Origin: Peribolospora baueri
Taxonomy: Eukaryota
DNA length: 64,000 nucleotides
Assembly (NCBI GenBank): GCA_029717555.1
Contig: JAMDHS010000004.1
Span: forward strand, 248,001-312,000
Direction: 5' to 3'
Position 1 is the first letter of the stretch. Each line of letters opens with the position of its first letter. A program made the translations under genes and the position numbers. Shown one piece after another: positions 1 to 11,728 of this stretch. The notes below the pieces were generated by a model. It did no database searches. It had not been told where the DNA came from and was given only the letters and a program-made list of their open reading frames with translations.

Positions 1-30
1 GGAAGGCTTCTCGATCTCGGCCGGCGCCAT
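1..30 (-). CDS. Possible 5' end of a gene running off the left edge (MAPAEIEKPS...)
   Basis: ATG at 30 on the minus strand, preceded by a long pyrimidine-rich UTR-like tract (~50-400). Only 10 codons are visible. Confidence 0.3.
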   Translation of the reverse strand, partial: MAPAEIEKPS

Positions 31-1059
31 ATTTATCGAATTCCCGAAGTCCTCTTGAAGGGAGAAGAGAAGGGTGGGAGAGAGGAAAGGAAAGAAGGAG
101 GTCGGAGTGGCGAGAAAGGAACGAGGGAAGATCGAGAACGTCTCTCGTCTGTGTGCTTGGAAGGATGCGATCGAAGGGAAGAAGGTCGCTCGTGCGAGAG
201 GCGTGCGACGGAAGGAAGCCCCGGTCTTTCTTCCCAAAAAGAAGAAGATACAACAACTCTAACAAACGTCCTTCCGAGCGAACGAAAGAAGACGAAGGGG
301 AGAGGAGACAGTCGAAAAGGAGGATGTAGGATGTGTAGTGAAGGAAAGCGGACGGGAGGCGAGCGGGCGAGAAGAACGGAAAAAAAGGGCCACCTCGGGT
401 CCCGACGACACGCGATCGGAAGAAGGCGGGCCGGGAGGAAGGCAGACTCAGCCAAGCAGTGCAAGTCAGATTGCGCCGGGGATGAAAGCGAAGACCAGGT
501 TTCCGACGTCGACTCGGAACGGCCGCGAGCAGCTCGATATCGCTCGCGAGAGAGAATTAAGGCATCCCTTGGAGCGTGGGACGACAGGATCAGCAATCGC
601 GCCCTGCCATGGCCGTTAGCGCGGTCTGCCAAGTCTTCCGAGCTTCCGGCCTCGTCCACCAGCTTGCCTCACGACCCGTGCCCTCATCTCCATCTCCATT
701 CTGCAAAGTCAGCCGGCTGTCTTCGAGGGGACAAGGGTTTGGGGCGAGGCGGCATGGCCACAAAGGAAAATGTCATTCGTCGCTGCCATGCTACACGATG
801 CCCATCAACGAATTTGGGCTAGAACTACAACACATGTACGTAGACAGCCGCACGCGACCTCCTTCCCGTCTTCTTTTTCTCGCCACGGGAACGACGACCA
901 TCGCCCTCGGGACGGACACCGCCGGTACCATCGCCGCCAGGATGAGGAGGTAGCAGGGAGAAAGTAATACCCGGCTTAACGGGAGCGCCGAGTGTGCGCA
1001 CCGAAGGGCGCCCTTTTGCCGCCAAAGGCTACACTTATTCATACCCACATACGGCCCAG

Positions 1060-4000
1060 TCATCCAAAATGCTGTGCCAGCTTGCTCAGTGCGGCCTGTC
1101 ACCCATTGGACACGACGTTAAGAGGGGTGCACGCAAACAATCAGTCCCCGCTACTACACTTTTTCCCGGACAAAACGACCCTGATGCGACGACGATGCGA
1201 TCTCACCTCGTATAGCGGCACTAGCTTTTCCATTTCTTTCTCCCTAGCCTTCTCCTTCTTCACCTTGTCCAGCCTTCCGCCTCGGCCGAGCATCTTCTTG
1301 AAGTATCGCGCCTGTCCACCCCGCAGAGCCGGAATAAGATGAGCGTCTCGAGTCTGAATGGCGGTCCATACTTGCCTCCCGCGCGGGCATCGTCGCCTGA
1401 CCATGGCCCGCCCCAGCGCGACTCACCTCATGCTCCTCCACCAAACTCCAAGCGTCACCTTCGCGTCCAGCTCTCGCCGTCCGTCCGACTCGATGGACAT
1501 ACTTCCTCATATCGAGCGGGACGTCGTAGTTGACGACGTGCGCCACGTGTGGCAGATCTATTCCGCGTGCTACGAGGTCTGAGCAGATAAGGCTGTGCGC
1601 AAGGAAAGGAGAAAAGGTCGCGTAAGGAAGAAGGCGGTAGATTATGAATTTGTTTAGGGCGGAAGAAGGCGGGTCGACGTACGTCTTATGAGTAGAAACG
1701 GAACACAGGAAAAGATCGACTCACACGTCCACCTCGCCCTCCTTGAACGCCTTCAACATCATCCTCCTCTCCGTGTTCGGCAAATCACTAGAATAAGCCT
1801 TGACGACCACCCGTCTCCTTCCTTCCACGTCGCCACTCCCGACACCGCTCTCTCGCAAGGACGACATCTCGTCTTCGAAGAACTCGACCAGCTTCACAAG
1901 CCGCTCGGTGCTCTCGACGCTCTTAGTGAAACAGAGGCAATTGCGGATCGCGGGGGCGTTGTGAAGAAGGTGGAGAAGCATCAAGGGTTTGGAGGCAGTG
2001 TCGGAGACGAGCATACGTTCCTGTGAAAGTGAAGCACGCGGTCCGGTCAGGTTGGTTAAAATCCGGTTTCATCCAGGCGGGAAAAACCATGGCGTCCTTC
2101 ATCTCCGAATAGATGGACTCGGCCTAGACAAGGGGAAGAACAATCGCAAAGACTCACTCGCAAACCACCCGGCAAAGTAAACTCCTCGTCCTCTCCGACA
2201 ATGCCCCACCTTCGCGTCCCATCTGACTTTGTCTCCTGGACGCTCACGTAAAGAGGCTCGTACAGGTCCATCGCCGCAATCTTGGCTGGATCACGAGTCA
2301 TCGTGGCGGAGAAGAGCAGTTTTTGGCACTTTTCGGATGGAGATATCAAGAAAAAGAAAGCGAGAAAAGAAGATGAGTGGACGTGAGGCGAGAACGTGGT
2401 CGTCGACCCAGGGAATGTCAGCGATCCCATGCGGACAGGCGAATTGGTCCTCACCGAAGGCAGCCTGGTCTCGTCAACATCAGTCGAAATACCTGGCCAC
2501 GCCGAGTCCACCCAAGCTGGGGCGACTGCGTCGCCAATGGCATCAGGTTGAGAAGAAGCATCAACTTTGGAAAAATCATCGGTAGTGGCCGAATCAGCCA
2601 TCCGCAGCGTCGATGCTCCGCTCGTCTCGACTTCCCCCCGGTGGCTCGACATGCTGGAAGTGATGGGGGTCGGCGTACGAACGTGTGGAGATTTGATGCT
2701 CGCTAGGACGTTGGTCAGCCAATCCTGGAAAGATTGGTTCATAAGACGGTCGGCCTCGTCGATGATCTATGCGTATTATAAGTCGCGAAGGAAAGGAGAG
2801 AATTAATGACATCCTCTGTCAATTAAAGCGCTTAGTGTTGAGCCAGAAGAGACTTAGTTGAAGTGAGAAAAAATGAAAGTAAAAAAGCGAGGCGACGCAC
2901 CAAGAAGCGCAGATGCTGAAGAGTAAAATTAGGAGTCGAAGTGAGATGATCCATGAGCCGGCCTGGCGTAGCGATGAGGATGTCCACCTTGCTGAGACCA
3001 CCATGGCATCGGGACTTGATGTCGCCCACGAGCTGGAGCTGCTCTTGTGGGAAGGAATGGTGGCCTGTGGCCACGCCGACCTGGTTGGAAAAAAGAAGAC
3101 GGAAACAGCAGTTTTGGTCAAGACAGCCAGACCGGCGTCCAACCTGCATTCCTCCTTTACCAAGGTAAGGCATGCACGCACCTTCAACCCTGTGCCGGCG
3201 CACATCAGCTCGAAAGTCTCCTTGACTTGCGTGACCAGGTCCCTGGTGGGGAGTATGACCAGCGCCCTAAGCCTAGTGACGACCCTGTTCAAAAGCGTCT
3301 CGATCACCGGAACAACATAGGCCAGCGTCTTTCCGCTACCCGTCGGAGCTGATACGCAGAGGTCTCGAGGGCGGTAGTGAGGAGAGTAGAGAAGGGAGGA
3401 GTACGGCTGGGAGAGCAGGAGGGGAATGACGGTCGTTTGCACTGAGGGGATAATGCATTCGGTCAGCGACAGGGAGTTGAAAGAGAACAGACAAATAAAA
3501 CAACTTAAAGTCCTACAAGACTTACCCGCGAAGAGGTCCTTTATGCCCATTTTCCTCAATCGTCTTCTGATACCGTGACTCAACTGCGTCATGTCCTGTC
3601 GCTCCAACCCCGCCTGATCGCCGTCCTCGCCTTCGTGACCGCCATCCTCTTCATCTTCCCCCGCATCTCCAGTATGCTTTCGGGGCGCTCCAATCGAACC
3701 TCGCAGAGCGGGGTCTACGACCATAGGCTTCGCCATCCCTTCAGGCATACCAAGGGATGCAAGCGCTTCGCGGGAAACACGCGCGGGACCTCTCGGCCGG
3801 GGAAAGGCGACCAAGCCCGGGTTGACCGGCTCGTCCTCATCTACTTCCCCACCGATAGCGGCTGAAGGAGCAACTTGCTCCTCTGCCGGTGACACCGGAT
3901 CTGGTGTGGCTGAGCGGGACGAGGAAGAGGAGTCGCTCGAGGAGATGTCGGAGGAGGAACCTGAGGAGGAACCGGAAGATACCGACAGCTTGCGCTTCTT

Positions 4001-4429
4001 TGTCCTTGAAGTGGATTTCTTATCCAGAAGAGAAGCTCCAGGACTGGCCGTATCTCCACCCAGCTTTTGAGCGAGGAGAGACTCAGCGCTCTCCGCCTTT
4101 CCCTTCGTTCCCTCTCCAGCGTCCCCATTACGCTCGGTAGCCTCCGCGTCGGCATGCCGAGAACCGGACTTTTTCTTCAGTTTTCGCTTCTCCTTCTTCC
4201 TGTTGAGGTATCTTTGCTTTGCCTTCGTCTTTTGCTTCGTCGTGCCAGGTGTCTGGGAGGCAGAGGAGCGGGACTTGGCTGCTGGAGTGGATTGAGTCTT
4301 CGGAGGGGCGCTGGGCGCTGGGCCGGAAGAGATATACGGTCGGGAAGGGTAGGCGGGCTCGTGAGGTGCCGGCATAGCATGCACGGCGCCGGACGACCTT
4401 TTCCTGTGCGCCTTCGAGAGAGGCGCCAT
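1060..4429 (-). CDS. DBP6: DEAD-box RNA helicase Dbp6/DDX51 (60S biogenesis), multi-exon
   Basis: Motifs across exons: [72 protein letters not shown]; Lys/Ser-rich N-terminus. Last exon inferred as [11 protein letters not shown] (TGA at 1062-1060). Confidence 0.9.
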
Positions 4430-5092
4430 TTTCGGTTCTTTGATGGTGAGCGGCTGAGCTGACAACCAAGGTCGCCTTGCCGAGCGAGCAAGCTGGAATT
4501 TAGACCGCCAGAAATGCTGCGGCGCCGCTCCTCCATGTGGAAGTTCTTCTCGATCGTATCACCATTTACTTCACCCTCACCAAAAGCTTGGAGCCATCTT
4601 TTCCCTGTCTATCTCTACTGACACTCGCCTGTGACACCCCCCAGGCCCTCTCTTCTCGCTCGTCGCAGGTCCGGCCCGGCGGCGACCCCTACGGCAAGCG
4701 CGACCGCGCGGGGCGTCCTCCAGCTGGTTGTACCTACGCTCTTGACATCGGACTGGATGGCGGAGGTACGATCCCGAGCGGCCGCCCCCTGCCCTATGCC
4801 CCCTTCGACGCCTCCCTCCGCCCCTCTGTTACGCCCCAGTCGTCCACTGCGTACCCTCTTCTGCCTCCCTCCTGGCGCCCGTCGTGACCCGTCTCGAACC
4901 GGCCTGCTAACCCCCACTCTCCCCGAGGTGCTCCCTGCACTGCCCCCTAGGCGCTCCCGCACAGTCGCTGTTAGTTCTTTTGGCCCCACCCCCTCCCCTC
5001 GTCGGGCACTCTACACCATCGCCGTCCATCCTCTCCGTTCTTCGCGTGCCCCCCCCCCCATGCCGTCGCCAACCCTTGGACCCTTGCCGTTG

Positions 5093-5292
5093 TTGTTGCT
5101 GTTTATTCTGTTTAAAGTCCGTATATTAAAATACCGTAACACGTACTTTCCCACGATTGTTACCGCAGCACAGCCCCCTTTAGGCCACGTTAGTCCATAT
5201 ACGGACTTTAAACAGAATATGTTACCGCAGCACAGCCCCCTTTAGGCCACGTTAGTCCATATACGGACTTTAAACAGAATAAACAACAACAA
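5093..5292. mobile_element. MITE-like/fold-back element with terminal inverted repeats and an internal 62-bp tandem duplication
   Basis: 5100-5126 is the exact reverse complement of 5259-5285 (27 bp; 34 bp with 1 mismatch). 5158-5219 is identical to 5220-5281. AT-rich relative to flanks. No TSD seen. Confidence 0.55.
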
Positions 5293-5371
5293 AATCTCGA
5301 TCATATCGTGTTCACATTGGAAGTCCCAGCGTTGACTTGCTCAGCGGTCCCTTTGATTGGATTCCATCATC

Positions 5372-7495
5372 ATGACAGGAAAGGAAGCTGGCCATTATAC
5401 AGGTTTGTGGCTATCTCTGCAAATGCTTGTCTATGTGTTTACCTTGGGTTTATCTTTCGTTTCTCGCCAGGTTACTCTCCCTCTGCCGGAGAAGAGATTG
5501 CCCGCATCGCCCACATCTCTCCGGAAAAATTCTATGAAGATTTCGTCAGGTTGCGAAGGCCAGTCGTTCTAAAGGACTGCCTCAGCGATGACGAGAGGTG
5601 GAGGGGGTCCAAGTGGGTGCGTGATTGTCTGAGCCAAACGGAGCTCGCGAAGCGCCACCATGCTGCCAGCGACTCACGCCTTTCGCATTCGCAGTCAGAC
5701 TTGAGCTACCTCCGTCAAGTATGTCGTTCCTCGCGCATCAAAATCGAACCGGTGGACCCCAGTTCTGGCGCCTTTGGCTCCGGAGCGACTCGTAAAGAGG
5801 TCTCTTTTCCCGAGTTTCTCGACATTCTCGAGGACGAGAAGCAGCGCGGAAAATGGTACCTAACCACGCAGTACGAAGAGGGGGGCGATGTCCGTGGAGA
5901 GGATGAGGACGGAGAAGATGAGAGGAACGGCACTGCAGATACTCCGATGGTGTCGCAGATATGCCCGCCGCCGACAGATCAGCTGCTAGATGACTTTCCG
6001 CTCCACCCGAAGCTGACGGGCAACCTCGTTTTGCAACAGTGCAATCTATGGTAAGTATCGTGTCCACCGGCTTTGAATAGACGATATGTTCATAAGGCTC
6101 TTCTACTCCACGGCGACTTTGCCAGGATTGGTAATTCGAGCAAGGGCACGTCATCTGGCCTTCAGTGAGTCGTCCATCTTGTCGAGGCGAATCGGGCAGC
6201 GCTGATCCTCGCTCTTCCTCTTCGGTTCGACTTCACCCAACTCGACATTTAGCCACGATTTCCACGACAATCTCTACCTTCTCCTTCGAGGTCGCAAGAG
6301 ATTCGTCCTCTATCCTCCCTCCGCTCACCCTTATCTACACCTCCGTGGCCGTATCTCTCGCCTCCATCCCAACGGTCTGCTCTCCTACGACCTTCCATCT
6401 TCCTCATCGAACGGAGGCGTGACCGCTCCGTCGCTGATCTCTCCGGGTACGACAAGCACTTCTCGAGCCGACGGTTTGGATCCAGTCGATGCTGCGAAGT
6501 GGTGCGTTCGCCACTGGGAGAGGAGATTACGAGAGGCAGAAGGAGACGCCACCGCGGGTGATGCGACGACGCTCGAGATTGTGAAGGAGCGATACGAAGC
6601 CGCGATGGATGCTCTGTTAGAAGCCAAGCTAAGTAAGGAGGACGGGGAGGAGGAAGAGCAGGGGTGGCAGTTTTTTGATCAGGTGGAAGGCGGTGAAGCG
6701 GTAGGAGATGAAGATGAGGAAGACGACGAAGACGAGGACGGTGATGTTTTTGCAGGAGGTGGCGACGACGACTCAGAAGGACAGGCAGAGGATGGGGAAG
6801 CGCTTCTTGCAAGACTCGGCCCCATCGCAACGGATGTCGACGACGACGCCGACGGCGATCCGCCATCGTTCTCACGGATTCCACCTGTGGCTCTTCACAA
6901 GCACCTTTCCCTCCTACCATGGAGCGGCACCAGCTCCGAATCAGCTGACGGCCCCTCGAGCCTCTCAAGACAAACTCCGACGCCTTCGGAAGACGACGTC
7001 CTGCTCCCTCTCCCAGGCTGTCCACCACCCCTGATCGTGCACCTCGAAGCTGGCGAGATCCTCTACCTCCCCGCGTCTTGGTTCCACGAGGTGACTTCCT
7101 CCACGTCGCCCGCGACGACCGGCGGCGTACACGCAGCTTTCAATTACTGGTTCCATCCTCCCGATGGGCATTGCGTTTCTACGGCAGGAGGTGAAACAGG
7201 GGCGGTCACCACCACTCCACCCGGATCACCGCGCAGCTCCGATGCCGCTCGTTTGCCTGGAACGAGCGCATCGAAAGAGGAGACGGGCACTTTTGAACGG
7301 CCATACAAGGACATGGACATCTGGGAGGAGATGAGGAGAGCGGTGCAAAGTGAAGTCGCGGAGATGCGAAGAAGGCACAGAGGGGAGCGAGGACAAGTGG
7401 AGGATGAGGGTGAGGGGAAGGGGAAGGGGAAGCGTAAGGCGGAAGGGACGGCATTGTCGGTGGACGAAGTGAAGAAGGGTAAGACGGCTGTTTGA
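5372..7495 (+). CDS. JmjC/cupin-like-8 2OG-Fe(II) oxygenase, multi-exon
   Basis: ATG 5372, first intron 5403-5470; FYEDFVRLRRPVVL, NLW, SGLH|HDFHDNLY (HxD), GRKRFVLYPP, LEAGEILYLPASWFHEV (distal His), AFNYWF; acidic insertion. Confidence 0.85.
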
Positions 7496-7682
7496 TGGAG
7501 TGCTAGGTCTACTATTACTTGATGCGTTGATTGGAATGCAGACGGACAGACAGACAGACGCTGCATGGGATGCGGTATCGTTCGTGGGAGGCGAGAGTTT
7601 ACACGAAATATTACAACGAAGTACAGGAAAAATCCAGCAACGGCGACAGCGAGACCGTCGCCTCATCTGGTCTTGAGAGTCT

Positions 7683-9214
7683 TCACTCTTGCAACTGACT
7701 CCCAGCAGCCCTCTGCAAGTCCTTCACCAATCTTGCCACGGCTTTCTCCCTGACTGCCGCGGCGTTCCTACCGACCGCGCCTTGTGAAGATTGCCCCGCC
7801 GCCCGCCGAGTAACCCTCGCCGTCCCCCTTCTACTAAGCACAGGCCCCTCTTCCTCTTCCTCCTGCTCCTCTTGCTCACTGTCATGCCCCGGGAAGAACA
7901 CTTCACTGATGAACTCTGCCACGGCGACCTCCCCAATCTCGATATCTGCCCTCGCTCCCCACCTCCACTCCCACCCGAAATCGCCCTCCTCTCCCCCTCC
8001 GCCACGACCGGCCTGAGACCTTCCCCCGCGGCTCGCGGCAGAAGCAGCCTGCGTCTGAGTCTGAGTCTGGGTGGCACCAGCCTGAGCAACGGATGATTTG
8101 GACTTTTCGAGGTATGCTTGCCGCTGGAGAAGGGAAAGGTAGCCGTCGAGTGTCGATGCGTGCGCAATTGTGGCAGCTGTGCTGGATGGGTCACGCTGGG
8201 AAGAAATGGTGGAGGCGAGGGGCTCGGAGGAGTGTAGATTGAGACGGCGAAGATAAGCGTGGAGTTGGTCTGATGTGACGATACCATCGTGCCAATCAGT
8301 CAGTCAGCGAAGACAAAGCTAACATGCTGCGATAGAACCGGTAAGAATGCCAGCGTGAGCTCACCATCGGCCAGCACCCTGCCGTTGACCATGATCAAGC
8401 TGAGTATGACAAACAGCAGTCCCACAAGAGGTCTCTGCTCATCCGCTCCCATCCAATCCAGCATGATACCCTCGCCCCTGCCGCCACCACTGCCGTCTTG
8501 GTCATCGTCATCGACGTCCTCGCGCTCGAGGAGAGCGAGGTCCCCATCGGACGTCTCGGCCGCTTCAATTAAAGTCTTAGGAAGTGTTGAGCGGAGGATG
8601 TAGGATTTGGGTGGAGCTGAAGGTCCGAAAGATTATAGGTCGGTAAGAATGAAGGCCGGTTCATAATTGATCCAAGTCCTGGAGTCAGACGCTTCAAGCG
8701 AAGTAGACTGGATGGAGGCAATGTGCCAGCTTCACCTTTTTTCCTGACCGCACCCTCGTCTTCTTCGCCAGTAGCCGCGCTGATGCCTTCGCCTTTCGCG
8801 CGCATTTGTACGAGCTCATAGCCGAATGTACTCCTGAGAATTTTTTGTGCTTTTTCGAGGACGTCCGGGAAGGCCCGGGAGGACGTGGTCCCGAGGACTG
8901 GCAATTGGGAAGGAATAAATAGGACACCGCGGAAAGTTTGCAAGCATGAGTAAAATAAGATGGAGCCATGGACGACATAAGAGCTTAAACGCACTCTTCT
9001 TCGCAGCGTCATCTCGACGCAGTGGTTGCCTCCTGTACTCTGTGAATAACGCCAGCCGGACGAGGTCATGAACTTTTCGCTGTATGTCCTGTTCAGGCTC
9101 ATCCACGTCCTCCTCCCTCTCCTCCTCCTCCCGCTCTTCCGCTCGCCTGCCTTGGCGCGCTGGCAACGACCCAGAGGCAGAGACGGCGGATCTGGAGGAG
9201 CTTGGTCGTGGCAT
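7683..9214 (-). CDS. NSE3: MAGE-family Smc5/6 subunit Nse3, multi-exon
   Basis: KVHDLVRLALFTEYRRQPLRRDD, SRAFPDVLEKAQKILRSTFGYELV, SYILRSTL, GLLFVILSLIMVNG, C-terminal ...AAGSQLQE*. Confidence 0.8.
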
Positions 9215-9305
9215 TTGGGCCTGCGCTCGAGCGACTGAGCGTTCGTTACGACTCAGAACGACATTCGGCGTGCCGTCGTCGTTGATCGCGTCGCGTTAAT
9301 GACAC

Positions 9306-9424
9306 CACGTGGCCATGCTGCGGCGCCTTTATTAACCCTATATTACGCCATCGCTTCTGTACAGCTCCTGTTTGGACGATAATGTAGGGTTATTGAGCGC
9401 GCCGCCCGGTCGACGAGCCGCAGC
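9306..9424. promoter_or_regulatory. NSE3/RPL13 divergent promoter with E-box, inverted telobox-like sites and GCCGCAGC motifs
   Basis: CACGTG at 9306-9311; TAACCCTA 9333-9340 and TAGGGTTA 9385-9392 within a 13/15 inverted repeat (9331-9345/9380-9394); GCCGCAGC on both strands. Confidence 0.45.
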
Positions 9425-9649
9425 CTCGAGAAGGGTGGTGCGAAGGTGACCGCAAGCAGACTGCTGCCTTCCTCCTCTGTACCCTGTTGCCCGGCCTCAA
9501 GATCCAGTAAGGTGTGTGTCTCAAGCGTTCTCGCCATCATCCTCGTCCTTGTCATCGTCGTGGTGTACGGTGCTATTTGCTGTGGCTGCAATCGTGTGCT
9601 TCGTTCGCTCACCGTTCGTAACACGCCCCTACCTGTCCCACCAGCCAAA

Positions 9650-10587
9650 ATGGGCTTCCGTCACAACAACGTTCTTCACAAGAACCACTTCCGCAAGGAC
9701 TGGCAGCGCCGGGTGAAGACCTGGTTCGACCAGGCGGGCGCCAAGAAGCGCCGGCGCGTTGCTCGCCAGCAGAAGGCCGCCGCGCTCGGCCTTAAGCCCG
9801 TCCAGGCCCTCCGCCCCGCCGTTCGCGCGCCCACGGTCAAGTACAACCGCAAGCTCCGCGCTGGCCGTGGCTTCACTCTCGAGGAGATCAAGGCCGCCGG
9901 CATTCGCAAGAAGGAGGCTAGGAGCATTGGCATCTCCGTCGACCACAGGAGGAGGAACAACAGCGAGGAGAGCCTCAAGTTGAATGTGGAGAGGCTGACT
10001 GCGTACAAGGAGAGGATCGTCGTCCTCCCCAAAAAGGGCTCCAAGGCCAAGAAGGTGAGCTCGTGTGTGCGTATTGTCAAATTACTGACTTTAAGCTGAC
10101 CTCGCTTTTATTTCGGTGCGCTCGGCATCTCCCCCTCATATCTCATCTCACCTAGGTCGACCTCTCTGGCATCCAGGCCGCCCGCCTCCCCGAGGCTGTC
10201 TTCCCCATCCCCGCGGGCACCTCCAAGGAGGCTCCCCGCGCCATCACTGCCGAGGAGCGCGAGCTCAACGCTTACGAGACGCTTCGGAAGGCCAGGTCCG
10301 ATGCGAGGTACGCTGGCGCTCGTAAAGTCAGGGCTCAGAAGGTGAGTGAGAGTGAACAGAGTAGGATTGAGTGGGTTGCATGCGGGCGGTGCCAACGAGA
10401 GGATGGATCCTCGTCGGATGGGACGGGAATGAGGGGTCAAGCGGCTTTGTGGCTTTCGGCGCCTAGATCAGAGAGTGATGGACCAATAATATGAAGCCTT
10501 GAACGATGCGCTCACCCTTTGTTTCCTTCCGTCCTCTATCTCGTGTCCGCACAGGCTGCCGAGGAGGAGGCCAACAAGAAGAAGTAA
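9650..10587 (+). CDS. RPL13: 60S ribosomal protein eL13 (exons 9650-10054, 10156-10341, 10555-10587)
   Basis: MGFRHNNVLHKNHFRKDWQRRVKTWFDQ...RAGRGFTLEE...VDHRRRN; canonical introns; probable 5'-UTR intron ending at 9644. Confidence 0.97.
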
Positions 10588-11230
10588 ATGGCGTGGCTCG
10601 GCTCCGTTATTGTTCACTTCTATCGGTCTCTCTCTCTACCTCTGTACACTTTTGGCATCTCGCCTCACCCTCCATCCCTCATGCCCCATGTCCATGCTCG
10701 CTCATCTCCTCGCGAGCAGCAATCGTATGCGACTCTACATTTCTCTGGCAGGGAGCATCGAGCAGTATTGGCATAGTTGGCATAAAAAAACAACGCTATT
10801 CCATCCTGCTGATTCCGGTCGTGGACATCAAACAGTAGTGATCGACGCGAGCCTGTCTTAAGGCTGCTTGACAACCATGAGCGAACTGCAAATCGACTGC
10901 ACACTGATGGTGGCGCATGCACCGATGTCACGCGCTCTTCGAGGTGGCTGTGGGACGGATGATACAAAATGAACATGCTATGAGCACCTCACTATACAAG
11001 GTTGTAGGGTTCAGTTGGCCATTATTGGCTTGCCCGCTTGCCCATCCGACCTGGCCCAACAGGAGTCTTCTTTAAATCACTGCGTGTTTTGCTTCCCAAT
11101 GATTTTGTTTTCTTTTCAATGGTCCGAGCACTGTTCGGGGCGGTAGGACACGGCGGCGCCCCATTTCGTCTGCGACGTGTGAGTCGCCCATGCCGTAAGC
11201 AGTGGGGCCTCTTTCATCACCGCCGGGGAC

Positions 11231-11543
11231 TGTGACTTCAACGACAGCGAGTCCTCGGCTCCACAGCGGTTATCGTGGTGCGTGATGGAGCGTAAATGGT
11301 GTTGAAAGGAGGCTGATGGGCCCTCCACCTCCACACGAGCCATTCCACTGAATCCAAATACAGTCCACCTCCACCTCGAGTCCAGGAATGTGACTTGAAC
11401 GACAGCGAGTCCTCGGCTCCACAGCGGTTGTCGTGGTGCGTGATGGAGCGTAAATGGTGTTGAAAGGAGGCTGACGGGCCCTCCACCTCCACACGAGCCA
11501 TTCCACCGAATCCAAATACAGTCCACCTCCACCTCGAGTCCAG
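11231..11543. repeat. Tandem duplication with 158-bp period (2 copies, 4 substitutions)
   Basis: 11231-11385 aligns to 11389-11543; differences ttCa/ttGa, ttAt/ttGt, gaTgg/gaCgg, cacTg/cacCg. Confidence 0.95.
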
Positions 11544-11728
11544 ACAGCCGTCCTTGGCGTCCGAGACATAAATACGGCTCCCTATGCATTCGTAAACCCG
11601 TCCAGAAACTTGTTTGCTCATTCCCTCTTCTCCTTCACCACAGCAAGCGGCCACGCCACTCTGGCCTCTTCGGTCCACACGCACGACCAAGACTTCCACT
11701 TCTTCCCCCCACCAACTCGACAAGCTTA

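Noticed and set aside
33..960. 200-250-aa ORFs at the left edge
   Set aside because: Low-complexity purine/pyrimidine-skewed translations typical of promoter/UTR DNA.
5158..5281. CRISPR-like array (also 11231-11543)
   Set aside because: Only two contiguous copies with no spacers, no cas genes, and a eukaryotic context.
10342..10554. Intronic snoRNA in the long last RPL13 intron
   Set aside because: Only a degenerate C-box-like GTGATGG with no downstream CTGA or terminal stem; an Infernal/snoscan search would be needed.
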